From: the human T2T-CHM13v2.0 reference genome, Homo sapiens
Assembly: GCF_009914755.1 (NCBI RefSeq)
Contig: NC_060931.1
Strand: one strand, 5' to 3'
Length of the DNA: 64,000 nucleotides
Within the stretch, counting starts at the first letter, position 1. The number at the start of each line of letters is the position of its first letter. Below are positions 14,417-27,487 of this stretch, one piece after another. The notes beneath the pieces are model-generated. The model was not told the origin of the DNA. It made no database searches and worked only from the letters and a program-made list of their open reading frames with translations. A program made the translations under genes and the position numbers.

Positions 14417-15400
14417 GATTTATATGGCTCTTCAAATTTCTCTCAGCTGAGATTTTTTTTTACTCCAGGAAAGATTCCTAGTTTTCCCCAATCCACATTA
14501 ATCACAATCTCTTCCATATTTCCAGATGCGGTTTGTTTATATTTCTATAATGTAATGCATTTTACCTTGAATACTGGCACCCTTGACACTTTTTGCTAAA
14601 TTGAATTTTTTTGCAAGTCCATGATGATCTGATATTATTCTCAGAATTTCACAGTCTCAATTTGTTGCTACTGAGATAGTGTTCATGAAACTGTTTATGC
14701 CTATGCCCACATATGAGAATTAGGTAGAAACTGAGAGGATTAATTCCTGACTTTCCAGGTGTGATATTTCCACCCCAGTCCCTTGGTGGCTCGTCAGAAG
14801 AGCTTCATCAGGAAGGTGGGTGCACACAGGTGGCCTCTGTTTAGAACACGTAATAGGAACCATATACACAAAAGTTACTTAGCCATATAGGTTTTCATGT
14901 GTTTGAATTGTATTAGAAGTACAGGACCCAGGACAGTTGATGGAAATTAACAGGAAAATCCAGAAGGCTATAATACTTGGTAGAATGGTGGCATAAGATG
15001 ATTTGACAATAAATGATGGACTATGATTCAGGCTCTAACACAACCAAGGAAGGCCCCACATACCTGAATGGTAGCTGAGGGCAGCAGTTCTGGTACATTC
15101 CTAATTTGGGTTTGTTCCTTTTCCTTTTATACCCATTAACTTGGGAGCTAGAAGGAAGAAAAAAAGAATGTAAATTGCAGAAAGGCAAGGTCTCATGTGC
15201 TGATTCTGGGGGCTATTTGCAAGTTCAGTTGCTTAGCCTGATTATAACATAGTATCCATCTCCTGCCCCTCAGACCTCTCCCCTTTCTGATTTGGGACCC
15301 TTGTTATAGTGCCCAGGAGCCTACAAGTTCAACAACTGAACCAAGCCATTATGTTTTAATCAAGACCAAAGAACTGTGCTAGAAGCTCTAATTCTATCAG

Positions 15401-15483
15401 TACCAGCGAGAAACACTAAAATCGATTTCTTTGTACATTTCTACCAGGGAGAACACACTAAAATTGATTTCTTCCTACATTTC
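15401..15483 (+). repeat. 41/42-bp tandem duplication of the HYAL4 last-exon branch/polypyrimidine region
   Basis: TACCAGCGAGAA-ACACTAAAATCGATTTCTTTGTACATTTC versus TACCAGGGAGAACACACTAAAATTGATTTCTTCCTACATTTC. Confidence 0.9.
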
Positions 15484-15486
15484 TAG

Positions 15487-15888
15487 GCCAACTGTACAAA
15501 GGTGAAGCAGTTTGTGAGTTCTGATTTAGGGAGCTACATAGCCAATGTGACCAGAGCTGCTGAGGTATGCAGCCTTCACCTCTGCAGGAACAATGGCAGG
15601 TGCATAAGGAAGATGTGGAACGCGCCCAGTTACCTTCACTTGAACCCTGCAAGTTACCACATAGAGGCCTCTGAGGACGGGGAGTTTACTGTGAAAGGAA
15701 AAGCATCTGATACAGACCTGGCAGTGATGGCAGATACATTTTCCTGTCATTGTTATCAGGGATATGAAGGAGCTGATTGCAGAGAAATAAAGACGGCTGA
15801 TGGCTGCTCTGGGGTTTCCCCTTCTCCTGGTTCACTAATGACACTTTGTCTACTGCTTTTAGCAAGTTATCGAAGCATTCAGTTGTGA
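15487..15888 (+). CDS. HYAL4: HYAL4 last coding exon (ANCTKVKQ...SIQL*): EGF-like domain and hydrophobic GPI-type C-terminus
   Basis: TTCTAG|GCC acceptor at 15486/15487. Cys-rich CSLHLCRNNGRC...CHCYQGYEGADC and hydrophobic tail LMTLCLLLLA. 318+30+133=481 aa. Confidence 0.97.
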   Translation, partial: ANCTKVKQFVSSDLGSYIANVTRAAEVCSLHLCRNNGRCIRKMWNAPSYLHLNPASYHIEASEDGEFTVKGKASDTDLAVMADTFSCHCYQGYEGADCREIKTADGCSGVSPSPGSLMTLCLLLLASYRSIQL

Positions 15889-16191
15889 GATAATTGAGTT
15901 TAAAGGGAATTGTGTGGCCTCTAGCCTAGTCATTTAAAGAAGGATGTAACTTATAACATTTTTTTTCTCTTATGAATTCTATTGAGAGATATTATAAGTA
16001 GACATTATGTATGTCACTTAACATAAACAGAAACATTATTTTATTTGCCTCCAGTCTGGCTAGGAAACCAGATCTGGGGTAAAGTCAATGTACACTTCCT
16101 CCTTATTGGAATATTTAAGTTGCATTTAAACTAAAACTAGTATAATTTAGTCTTTTCATGAATGTACATACATAAAATTATACATAAAAAT

Positions 16192-16197
16192 ATTAAA
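16192..16197 (+). terminator. HYAL4: Probable HYAL4 polyadenylation signal (ATTAAA)
   Basis: ATTAAA about 300 nt after the stop, with TGTA upstream (~16163) and a GT/T-rich tract (TGTTTTTT) downstream. Confidence 0.7.
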
Positions 16198-16943
16198 TTA
16201 TTCATTTCAAAGACTGTTTTTTCAAGTTGGCAATTTATTTAAGGACACATTACTAAGTAATCATCTGATTTAACAGAAGGGGTCACCTGGTCAACTGGTC
16301 CACTGAAGAGGACTAAATCCAGTTTCTATTCTAGCCTCGGGTTCACACTAGGTTTCTGTTTCCCACTTGGACTCATTAAATGCAGAACCATTCCTGGCAT
16401 AGCTTCTCATGAGGGGCCGGAGACTGAGGTAAGGGGGAGCCATTACCAACTTGCAAAGCACCAATTCTAAGATGGCACTTGGAGTCCTTCCTTCGTAGAC
16501 CCTGGCAGTCTGAACACTGTCAAGGCTTTGGGATAATATTCATGCTTACCTACCCTGACACTGCTGTAGATCTGGGAGCTGGAGCCATATTAGTAAAGAT
16601 GCAGTTGGTGACTTTTGCAAGCAAAAATCATTATGTAGAAAACATGACATTTAAGGGGTCCAGAAGTGCTGTGGAAAAGGAGGCCTATGAGAAATGTTAG
16701 ATATTTTTGCTTTCCCCTTCCCATGTATGACTTTTTATAGTGAATTTAGAGTCATTTTGAATCAATTTGAATCATGGTTTCACTACGTATCTAGTTGTGT
16801 GACCTTGGGAAATTTACCTACAGTCCCCATTTTGTTATCTGAAATTTAGTAATATAACTCCGACTTCAATTAATTATTCTGAGGAGTAAATGGAATAACA
16901 TAGCCATTGCATACTTGGACTCCGCTGTTGATCCTCAACTGAC

Positions 16944-17084
16944 TTTTTTTTTTTTTTTTTTTTTTGTAGTGATGGGGTCTTGTTTTGTTATCCAGCCCGG
17001 TCTCGGACTTCCAGGCTCAAGAGATCCTCTTGCCTTAGCCTCCCAAAGTTCTGGGATTATAGGTGTGAACCACGGCACCCAGCC
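16944..17084 (-). mobile_element. Alu monomer (FLAM)
   Basis: Poly-T plus a single reverse left arm; TSD about TCAAC(TG/CA)ACT. Confidence 0.85.
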
Positions 17085-17899
17085 TCAACCAACTGTTGAT
17101 TACCAAAGTAATGGGAAAGTGCAGGATAAAACAGGGTCTTGGGCAATTTCTACTTCTTGATGCTATATTCTGTTTAAAATCACTTATACGCATTGTGTTT
17201 TTCTCTTGAGAGTCATGTTTAATTGATAGGACTTCCTTCTTCTGGAGACAATCTACTTGAAAGGTAAACTCAAAGTAAGTAATGATGCTGTTGTAGAAGA
17301 AATTATAGTTGATTCAACCTCCTTCTTCACCTCTGTTTTTCTGTGAAACATTTGAAATCCAGGTGTGTTCTTTTCAACTGCGAGTCTATGCTTGTTGGAG
17401 GTTATTGACATTGTTAAGGTCTAATTTCTAAATGTAAAAAACATAACAAAACAAAATGCTGTGAATGGTAGGTAGTATTGCATTGATTAGCTTTTTAAAA
17501 AATTAAACTTATTTCTATATCAAAGATGATACAATGAAATTATAGAAAATTTGTGAAAATAGAAAAAATGATAAAGGAAATCACCAATAATCACTATAAC
17601 ATAAACGGGTAACTTTTGGTATATTACTTTCTAATATTTCTTCTAAAGACCTTTTAATATGTTTGTAATAGTAATATATGCATATGCATTTTCACTTACC
17701 CATCCATTATAAGTAGTATCCGTGTTATTTCATAAACTTTATAGCTATTACTTAAAATCATTTTTAAGGCCACATAATGGTCTATCAACTAGATGTAACA
17801 CAATTTAATTAACAATTTTCTGTATGCTGTGATTTTTTTTAAATGCCAAGCTTTTACTATTTAGTCACTTCATCAGAGAAAACTTTCCAGATCATCCTT

Positions 17900-18300
17900 C
17901 TAATTCATTCATTCACTCATTGATCAGTTTGTTTGTTAATCAATTTATTGAGCATTACACGTTAGTAGGTACTGCCTAAGCTTTGGAATACATCCTTGAA
18001 CAAAACAGACAAAGAGTCCTGGCATCTTGGAATTTACGTTATAGCTCAGAGAAACATATTAAACACACAAATAAGCAATTTATATCATATGTTAGAAGGG
18101 GATAAGATTTATAGGAAAAAATATAGAGAGCAGAGTGGGGGAGGGAGGGATATTCTGTGTTTAGGCCTCATCAAGCAGGTGCCCATTTGAACGAAAACTT
18201 GAAAAAGGAGAGAGAGTTAGCCATGAGAATACTTGGGGGAAGGGTATGCCAGGCGCACAAATCAGCTGTTGCAAATTTGGTAGTGGGCCTGGTGTATTCC
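17900..18300 (-). mobile_element. L2 fragment
   Basis: ATTCATTCATTCA...ATTTATTGAGCA reverse L2 tail. Boundaries approximate. Confidence 0.6.
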
Positions 18301-19449
18301 ATTTTCTGTCGTTCCTTACTAGAATGTAAACTAGGAAAATGAGGACTTCACTTTGTTCACTGCTAGAACACTACTTGCTACAGTGTCTGACACTTAGTAG
18401 GTCTTCAACAAGTATCGTTAAATGAAGGAATTAATGAGTGATTCAGAAACCTGAATCGGTAGAACCTATAAATACGTTGTAATTTTTTTTTAACTCTGCA
18501 CATCAGTAGTGAGTTATTACAAAGTTCTTCTCAAGCATTACTGTTCTATTTTTATCCTAGAAGATTAGCTTGTGAAATCACATATCCTCATTCCCCTGTG
18601 AAGAATTGAGACCTGGAGAGAATAAATCTCTTGACAAACTCAAATGGCGAGTTTGTAAAAGAGCCCAGTCTGTAATCCCAGTTGCTGAGCTTTCTTTCTA
18701 TCATAACTTTGTCTTCCTCTTCTTGTAAATGAATCCAAATATACTTGTTCTAATTTTGAGCATAAATTTAATGCATTTTAACATTTTTCTTAATTTGGGC
18801 TGCTACTACTGGTTATGTTCAATCATTTCTCACATTTTGCAGCTGTAGATTACCTGTGCATTTAATTTGGCTCACTGCTCCTGGATAGGAAATCTACCTC
18901 CTACTCCGCTTGATGACCTCAGCTTCTTAGGATCATGGTAATTTTCCTTTACAGAAACAGCAAGATACCAGTCACTCTAATCTTTGGTGCTCTCCCTTAT
19001 AAAAGGGAGATAATAATAATAATAATTTTTGTTCTTTTATACAGATTTAATGATATAAACTAGGTAACATAGCACAAAAGCTGACATATAAAACATTCTA
19101 GGAAATGTTAGCTGTTATTATGATGTACTTTCAATACTGGTTCTCATAAAAGTTGTGATAGGTAATATTATCTCTATTTTGAAGTACAAGAAATTATGTA
19201 TAACTCAGAATAGTGAAATGACTTACTTAATATCACACAGCAGTTCCCAGGCTTTAAACCTTTACTTTTGAAACTTCAACTAATTTTCTTTCCATCAGAT
19301 CTCCAGCAGAAACTATAGAAGACTTATTTGTACTTTTTAAAAACCAATTTACAAAGATATATAATTCACAAGTATAGTGATTCTGGTATCAGGCAGTCAG
19401 TGCTTTCTTTGACCCCTTGGAAGAAAAACTGTTAAATTAACTGGTCTAC

Positions 19450-20330
19450 TAGCAATGTACCCATCTGACATACTCTAAGTATCTAAATTTTGTTTATTCA
19501 TAAAGAAACCAGGACTCCTTAGGAAAATGTCTGATTCCAGGCCTATCTAAGACAGGAATTGCTCTAGATGAGTCTGGAATCTCTTCTTATAACATAAAGC
19601 AAGGAAGCTATCAAGGATTACTAGAATTGTATCAAAAGCACCCTTGAGTCAACTTAAAAGAGCCTCCCACTGTCAAACATGTGAAATTTGAAAATCACTG
19701 AAGAAATACTAACTGCAATGGGTTGAAATACATCAGATATATTTAAATCCATGAAGTCAAAATGATACTAAAACAAACCCAAAAATCTTTCATTGGCCAC
19801 TTTTGAACAATATTAAGGAATCAACTCATTACTCTGAAAACTGATAATCAATCATTTATTCTGCATTTCCTACATAATCTGTACTTGAGGGTAACCAAAT
19901 AGTGAAGGAGAGTAATTTCTTTTTATTCAAGCCAATAAACGGGGAAAGTATGATGTAATTAGAATAGAACAATTTTGTAACTTCTAATTAATGGATAGAG
20001 GCATTGACCCTCAATAGCTGCTAAAATCACAAAAAAGAGTCAACCAGACAATTATATACCACCTAGTTGAAGTATGAAACATCAACTAAGAATAATCCTT
20101 CCAGAAATCAAGCTGAAATTTGATCAGGCCTTTAAAATTTAGCTACTTCCGATGTTTTCAGCATGGTTTGGGAAAAAAAAATCTATCTACTAACTCAAGA
20201 AACATAAAGAATAAGGGAAAATGCTAAACAAGAAGTTAGAGATGACATCATCAAAATTTAGATCCTAGGGAATTCTACAGGACAAATAACTTGAATTTAT
20301 CAACAAATAAGAAAAAAATGGCGAAGGAAT
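19450..20330 (+). mobile_element. Old L1M (L1MC-like) 3' region
   Basis: AAACCAGGACTCCTTAGGAAAATGTCTGATTCCAGG and TATTTAAATCCATGA motifs typical of L1MC 3'UTRs. Boundaries approximate. Confidence 0.55.
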
Positions 20331-21182
20331 CCATATGTATATCAACATGGAGCTTGCTAAATTATAGTACATCTGCATATTGGGGAAGTATTCAATTTTA
20401 CAAAGAAATGAGGAATAACATCTCTATGCTAATCTCAAAAGATATCTAAAAATTATTTTGTTTAGACTTTATTTTGACTGCCATCTAATCATATTGAGAA
20501 AAACTCATGATCTCAGATATTAGAAATATATTTTTGGTCACATTCTAGAAAGACTTCCTGGAGACAGCTAAACTAAAGTTTCTTAAGCATGTACTGGGCC
20601 TGAAATTCTAAGGGTCTTAAGAATGTACTGGGTTTGAAATTCTATTACAGATAAAAAGCCATAAATGATTCAAGGAAATGATAATTTCATCAATAAAAGG
20701 AAACCAGGAGAAGCCATTTGAAGCCACACACAACAAATATAAAATCATATATGGTGCTGTTATTGTTTTTGAGATTTTGCTTATTCTAAACCTTGAACAG
20801 CAGGTCTGTTACAATATTATAATTATAAACTTATAAAGATTTAATAATTGGAAAAATTAATTTTGTGCCAAAATGAATGTTAGTATTATGGTTTTCATTC
20901 CTACCAGAGAACTAAGTACATACAGACACTCTTACTTTTGTATTTAATGCTGATCTTAAGAACTTGGAAAAATCTGAATGTTACTGAAAATTCATATATG
21001 AACTGGACACTTTGTTCCCTCCTAAGGGCCCAGGAGCTATCAATTTTTTATTTCTAGTATCACTTCAATTGTACAAACTTAAAATGGGAGACTTTGTTCT
21101 CTGTTTCTGGAAAATGAAAGTTCTTGGGTTATCACTGGGACTACTTATTGCATTCGGCATTCTCTTCCACTAAGATACCTAG

Positions 21183-21587
21183 CATAGTGGTTAATTGTAT
21201 GTGTCAACTTGACTGAGCCATAGACTGTGTTTATTCTGAGCGTGTCTGTGAGGGCGTTTTGGAATGAGGTTAACATTTACACGAGAAGACTGAGTAAAGC
21301 AGATTGTCCTCCCCAGTGTGGTGGGCCTCATCCAATCTGTTGAAGGCCTGAACAAAGGCAGTGTAAGGGAGACTTAAGCTCTGTGTTTGAGCTGAGACAT
21401 TGGTCTTTTCCTGTCTTCAGACTCAGACACAGACTGAAGTTATGCCATCAGCCCACCTAATCCTCAGTCCTGTATCATTGAGTCTCCTGAACCTCCAGCT
21501 TTCCAACTACAGATCTTGGAACTTCTCAGCCTCCATAACTGTGAACCCATTTATTAGAGTAAATCTCTCTCTCTCTTTCTCTCTGAT

Positions 21588-21649
<62 letters not shown>

Positions 21650-21685
21650 TTGGTTCTGTTTCTCGGGAGAATGCAGACTAATACA
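21183..21685 (+). mobile_element. MLT2 (ERVL) solo LTR
   Basis: TAGTGGTTAATTGTATGTGTCAACTTGACTG ... GAGAATGCAGACTAATACA termini. Confidence 0.85.
21591..21647. repeat. (CA)n microsatellite, about 28 perfect units
   Basis: Uninterrupted CA run inside the MLT2 LTR. Confidence 0.98.
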
Positions 21686-21729
21686 CCAAGAAAAGTAATT
21701 TTCTGCTGTCAAATTTATTGCTATCCACA

Positions 21730-21990
21730 AAAGACAACAAGTGTTGCCAAGAATGTGGAGAAATTGGGGCCCTTGCTTATTGTTGGTGAGAATGAAAAAT
21801 GAGGCAGCCACTAGGGTAAACAGTATGGAAGTTCCTAAAAAAAATTAAAAATAGAACTACCATATGATCTAGCAATCCCTCTTCCGAGTATTTTCCTAAA
21901 AGAATTGAAATCAGGATCTCAAAGAGATATAAGCCTCCCTGTGTTAACTGAAGTACTATTTACAATAGACAATATGTAGAGATAACCTAA
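21730..21990 (+). mobile_element. L1M ORF2 3' fragment
   Basis: ATAGAACTACCATATGATCTAGCAATCCCTCTTC motif. Confidence 0.7.
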
Positions 21991-23483
21991 AACTGTATCA
22001 ACTTCTCATTACTCAGAATATGTACTTTCCAAAATGATTTATAAATATGACATTCATTATTGAAATATGTGCAGGAGTTAGAAAAACTGGATAATTGAGT
22101 TGAGCACATTATCAAGCATTTACTTTGTTTCTTGATGTAAGAGATACTTCTGATAGTTCTGATCAACAACATGTGTGTTTTTTTTAAGATATAAAACTTT
22201 GTCTAATGGCACCACATCAGCAGAGACTTTCTGCTTCTATTTTTTCCTAATGTTATGATTGTTAACTAGCATTTACCATCTAATAAGCTATTAATGTGTC
22301 ACTGATTCGCACAGAAAAACCAGACTCATTTATTACTAAAACGATTGTAATCAGTATACCAAAATAACTGACTTCATTGCTTTCTATATTCAAGATCAAA
22401 GTGTTGTCTTATTTTTGAGTTTTCTTTGTGGAACCAAAATGCTAATTTATTCCTTATAAAGGCTTCAGTGTCAAAGGAGATTGCGTGTTTGAATGAAAAT
22501 AGACGTATACTTCCTTTTAAGGAACTAAATAATGAAAAAGTTGAATAAGACCACTCTAGAGAAATTAATACTATAAATTTTGCTATACCCTCATAGGCCA
22601 AAGTCCTCAAAAATAGTTAATCTATCAGAAAGATATAACAATTCTAAGCATATGTACACTTAATATCAGATAACCAGAATATATGAAGCAATACTGACAG
22701 AAATGAAGGGAGATATATACAATTCAACAATCAAACAATCATAGATGGAGACTTAAATAATGAATAGAATGGCTAGGCAGAAGATAACTAGAAAACAAAA
22801 TACTTCAACATTATAAACAAACTTGATGTAACAGCCATCTATAGAAAATTCCACCCAAATAAAAAAAGAATATGCGTTCTTCTCAAGTACACATAGAACA
22901 TTCTCAAAAACAAACCGAATACTAGACCATAAAACAAATCTCAATAAATGTAAAAGTATAGAAGTAATTAAAGTATGTTCTCCAGTCACAATGGAATGAT
23001 GTTAGAAATAAGTAGCATAAATTAATTTGGGAAACTCACAAATATGTGAAAATTGAACAACACACTCCTAAATAATCAGTGGGTTAAAGACATATCCCAA
23101 GAGAAATTGGAAAATACTTCAAGACAAATAAAAATCAAGACACAACATATGAAAACTTGTGTAATGCTGCTTAAGTAGTGCTGAGAGGAAAATTTGTAAC
23201 TATAAATATCCATATTTTATAAACAAGATCTCAAATGAATAACCTAACCTTCCACTATAAGACAATGGAAAAAGGAGAGTAAGCAAAACTTAAAGCAAGT
23301 ATTAATAAAAGGAAAAAAAATAAAGATCAGAGTGGAACTTAATGAAATAGAGAATAAAAAACCAGTAGAGAAAATCAAGGAAAACAAAAGCTAGTTCTTT
23401 GAAAAGCTAAAACAGAGAAACCTTTAACCAGATTGACATGGGAAAAAGAAGACTCAAATTATAAGAATTAGAAATGAAAGAAG

Positions 23484-23800
23484 GGCCAGCACAGTGGCTT
23501 ATGCCTGTAATTCCAGAATTTTGGAAGGCTGAGGTGTGAGGATCACTTGAGCTCAGGAGTTCAAGATGAACCTGGGTAACATAGGGAGATCCCGTCTCTA
23601 CAAAAAATAAAAAAATTAACCAGGCATGGTATGCACATCTGTGGTCTCAGCTACTTAGGAGGTAGAGGTGGGAGGATTGATTGCTTGAGCCTGGGAGGTT
23701 AGGCTGCAGTGAACCATGATCACACCACTGCACTCCAGTCTGGGTGAAAGAGTGAGACCCTGTTTCAGAAAAAAAAAAAAAGAAAGAAAAGAAAAAGAAA
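23484..23800 (+). mobile_element. Alu (AluJ-like) within the L1
   Basis: Diverged Alu dimer, A-rich tail, TSD about AAATGAA(A/G)GA. Confidence 0.9.
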
Positions 23801-25924
23801 ATAAATGAAGGAGAAGATATTACCACTTCTCTTACAGAAAAATAAAGAATTATAAAGGAATATTATGAATATTTGTATGCCAATAAGTTAGATAACTTAG
23901 ACGAAATGGACAAATACCTAGAAAGACACAAGCTATTATTATAAAACTCACTTAATAAGACAATCTCCATAGACATGGAATAAGTAAGAGATTGAATATG
24001 TAAAAGCAAAATAAAGCAAAACAAACAAGCAAAACTATACACAAAGAAAAGCTCATGCCCAGATGGTTTCACTGGTGAATTCTATCAAACATTTAAAGAA
24101 AAATTAATACCATTTAAAAAGAAAATCTTTCAAAATATATGAGGGAGGACCACTTTTCAACTTACTCTGTAAAACCAGTATCACACTCATACAAAAACCA
24201 GACACAAGCATTACAAAAAATTATAGACCAATATATTTTATGAATATAAATGGAATACTCCTCAACAAAATACTAGCCAACTACATCTAGCAACATTTAA
24301 AAAGAATTACACGGCATGATCAAGTAGAGTTTATCACAGGAATGCAAGTGGTTTGTCAGTTAAAAATCAATTGTCAATATAGTACACCATATCAATAGAA
24401 CAAAGAACAAAAACGATATGATAGTTTCAATAGATGCAGAAAAGACATTTAACAAAATTCAACTCCCTTTCCTGATAAGAATACTCAAAAAAAAAAAAAG
24501 AAAGAAAAAGGATAGAACTCCCTCAATCTGATAAAAGGCACCAACAAAAACCCATAGCTAGCATCATATTTAGTGGTGAAAGACTGGTTGCTATCCCACT
24601 AAGAGTAGGAAAAAAACCCACCAAGATATAAGGGGCTTTTGCCCCTTGTATTTAACATGATACTGGAAGTTCTAACCAGGTCAATTGGGCAAGAAAAATA
24701 AGTAAAAGTCATTCAGATTGAAAAGGAAGAAGTAAAACGATCTCTATTTGCAGATGACATGATTTTATATACAGAAAATCCTAAGGAATTTAGAAGCTAT
24801 TAGAATTAATAAACAATTATAGCCGGGTTGCAGGATAAAGGTCAATATGTAAAGATAAATTGTGAGCCATCTGAAATAATATTAAAAAGTCAATTTTATT
24901 TATAATAGCATCAAAATAAAATATTTAGAAATAAATTTAACAAAATATCAAAATTATATTGTGAAAACTACAAAACGTTGTTGAAAAAGTTAAAGAAGAT
25001 AAATAAATGGAAAAACATCTGTTCATGGATCTAAAAGTTTAGTATTGCTAAGATCACAATACTTTTCAAATTGACCTAGAGATTCAACAGAATCCCTATT
25101 CAGAATCATCCCTGGATTATCTGTAGAAATTGACAAACTGACTCTAAGATTCAGATGGAATTTCAAGGAATACAGAACAGCTGAAACAATCTTGACAAAA
25201 AAGAATAAAGTTTGAGGTCTCAAACTTCTGAATTTCAAAATTTACTACCAAGAAACTTCAATCAAGTGAGTGAAGCCTAAGGATAAATATATGAATCAAT
25301 GGAATAGAATTATGAAGATTCTATGGAGAGTTCAGAAGTAAACCCATGTGTCTATGGTTAACTGATTTTGGTTGAGTATCAAGACCATTAGGTGAAGAAA
25401 AGGATAGTCTTTTCTAGAAATGGTCTTGGAAGAACTGGATAGCCACATGCAGAAGAAGGAATTTGAACTCCTACCTCACACCATATGTAAAAATTTACTC
25501 AAAACATATCAAAGACCTAAAAGTAAGAGCAAAAACTATAAAACTCTTAGAATAAAACATTGGGATAAATCTCCATGACCTTGTATCTGGCAATGGATTC
25601 ATAAACATGACACCAAAACCATGAAGAACAACAACTACAAATAGATAAATTGAACTTCATTGATTAAAACATTTGTGCTTCAAAGGACACTATGAAGAAA
25701 GTGAAGACAACCCACAGAATGGGAGAAAATTTTTGCAAATCTTAAATCTAGCAAGAGAGTTGTGTTTAGAATATAAAGAATACTTAAATCTCAATAATCA
25801 AAACAAATAACCCAATTAAAAAATGGGCCAAGGAGTTGAATCAACATTTTTTCCAAAGAAAATAAACAAATTACCAATAAATACATAAAAAATGCTAAAT
25901 ATCATTAATTCTTAGGGAATTAAA

Positions 25925-26130
25925 AAGAAAGACTTTAGTTAACAATAACCTATTGTATATTTCAAAGTAGCTAGAAGGAAGAATTTGAATGTTTCCAGCA
26001 TAAAGAAAAGATAAATGTTTAAAATGATGGATACCCCAATTACCTTGATTTGATTTTTACACATTATATGTAGCAAAATATCACATGTACTCTAAAAATA
26101 TGTACCTCTATTTTGTGTCAATTTAAAAAA
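25925..26130 (+). mobile_element. Short L1MA 3'-end insertion within the L1MB-like element
   Basis: TATTGTATATTTCAAAGTAGCTAGAAG...TCAATTTAAAAAA L1MA 3'UTR text interrupts the host ORF2. Confidence 0.7.
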
Positions 26131-26330
26131 CCTTCTATTATACAATGACACACCATTTCATATCCACTAGATTGGCTATAATTCGAAAGTCAGATAAAAA
26201 ATGTCGACAAAGATACGGAGAAATGAGACTTTTCATACACTGCTAGTTGAATGTAAAATGGCACAGCTGCTTTGTTGAACTTCCTGGTAGTTCCTTTAAT
26301 AGTTAAACATAGAGTTGCCATATAAGCTAG

Positions 26331-26683
26331 TGATAGATGCAAGAGGCAGTTAAAGGAACCTACACAGGGTCTTACCTGGGCATGCCCGCAACAGACTGGG
26401 GGCCTGCATGCACCCTGAAAAAATGGGGTGGAGCCACCAAGGATTTTCACCTTATGCAGCGGGAGAAGCCTAGCCTCTTCACCTTTGTGTGTGGTGGCCT
26501 GGTATTCACTCTATGAGTTGGGAGCCTGTTGGCAGGACCCCTTCTTTCTTTGCTGTGGGCTTTCTTTTTGCTTAATATATCTGCCCTCCTCATCCTTCAA
26601 TGTGTCTGTGTGTCTAATTTTCCCTGGTCATGAGTCAAGAGCCTGGATTTTAGCTGAACTAAGGAGCAAAAAATCCTGCATCA
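26331..26683 (+). mobile_element. ERV1 solo LTR, MER61 family
   Basis: TGAT...ATCA termini with perfect 4-bp TSD CTAG; GGGGTGGAGCCAC and TTTTAGCTGAACTAAGGAG motifs. Confidence 0.8.
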
Positions 26684-26899
26684 CTAGCATTTCCACCCTT
26701 AGGTATATACCCAAGGTAAATGAAAATACATGTCCATACAGAAACTTGTACATAAATGTTTATAGAAGTAGTATTCATAATAATGAAAAGGTGAGAACAA
26801 CCCAAATGCTCATCAACTGATGAATGGATAAAATGTAATATCTTCATACAATGGAATATTGTTTGCCACAAAAAGGAATGACACATAAATACATGCTAC

Positions 26900-27487
26900 C
26901 ATTGGGGTGCAGAAAACAGTTCCTCAAAATATAGTGCTTGGGCATATTGAATGCTTTTGCAAATTAAAAGGCCTCAGAAATAAGCCTCAGAATTAAGATC
27001 CTTCTAACATTGTCTTGTTCCTCCCCCAACCCCAAGTACAGGGAACAATTTTTGACTGGAACTTCCTTATCTGACCAAGAAAGCTTATTACCAAAAGAAA
27101 CACAATTACCTTCTATCCTCTCCCTGAAATCTCATTATCTATTGCAGAAAAGAAGACTGAGGAATGCAACCACAACTGAATGGACTTTTCCACAAGATAA
27201 TTTCTGCCTCTTGGACCCATTCAAATTCCAAAGAGAATCATTTAGAAATTAATTTGTCTCCCTAGTTCATTCATTCTCCCTAATTATCATGTACTACCAC
27301 TCAAAAGAATTGTCTACATTTCCCACTTCCTTTCTCCCCTATGAAAAGGGTAAATAAACTTTTGTACCCCATTTGGAGGTTAGGCATGTTAATAAAATGT
27401 GTATGCCTTTTCTCCTCCTGCCTTTTGTCAGGTAATTTTCGGTAAACTTTCAGAGGGCAAAGGGGAAGTTTGCCTTTCATCCTTACA
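26900..27487 (+). mobile_element. 5' LTR of an ERV1 provirus (MER39/MER34/LTR48-49 group)
   Basis: (CA)TTGGGGTGCAGAAAACAGTTCCTCAAAATAT start, AATAAA at ~27391, end CAGAGGGCAAAGGGGAAGTTTGCCTTTCATCCTTACA, followed by PBS-like TCTGGTAC. Confidence 0.75.

Larger units (their letters stand above)
22612..26899 (+). mobile_element. Degenerate L1MB-like LINE-1, main portion (ORF2 remnant), interrupted by Alu, L1MA 3' end, MER61 and an ERV
   Basis: Continuous ORF2 homology (CCAGATGGTTTCACTGGTGAATTCTA, TTTGCAGATGACATGAT = FADDM). Breaks at ...CATGCTAC (26899) and resumes at AACATG (46736). Confidence 0.85.
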
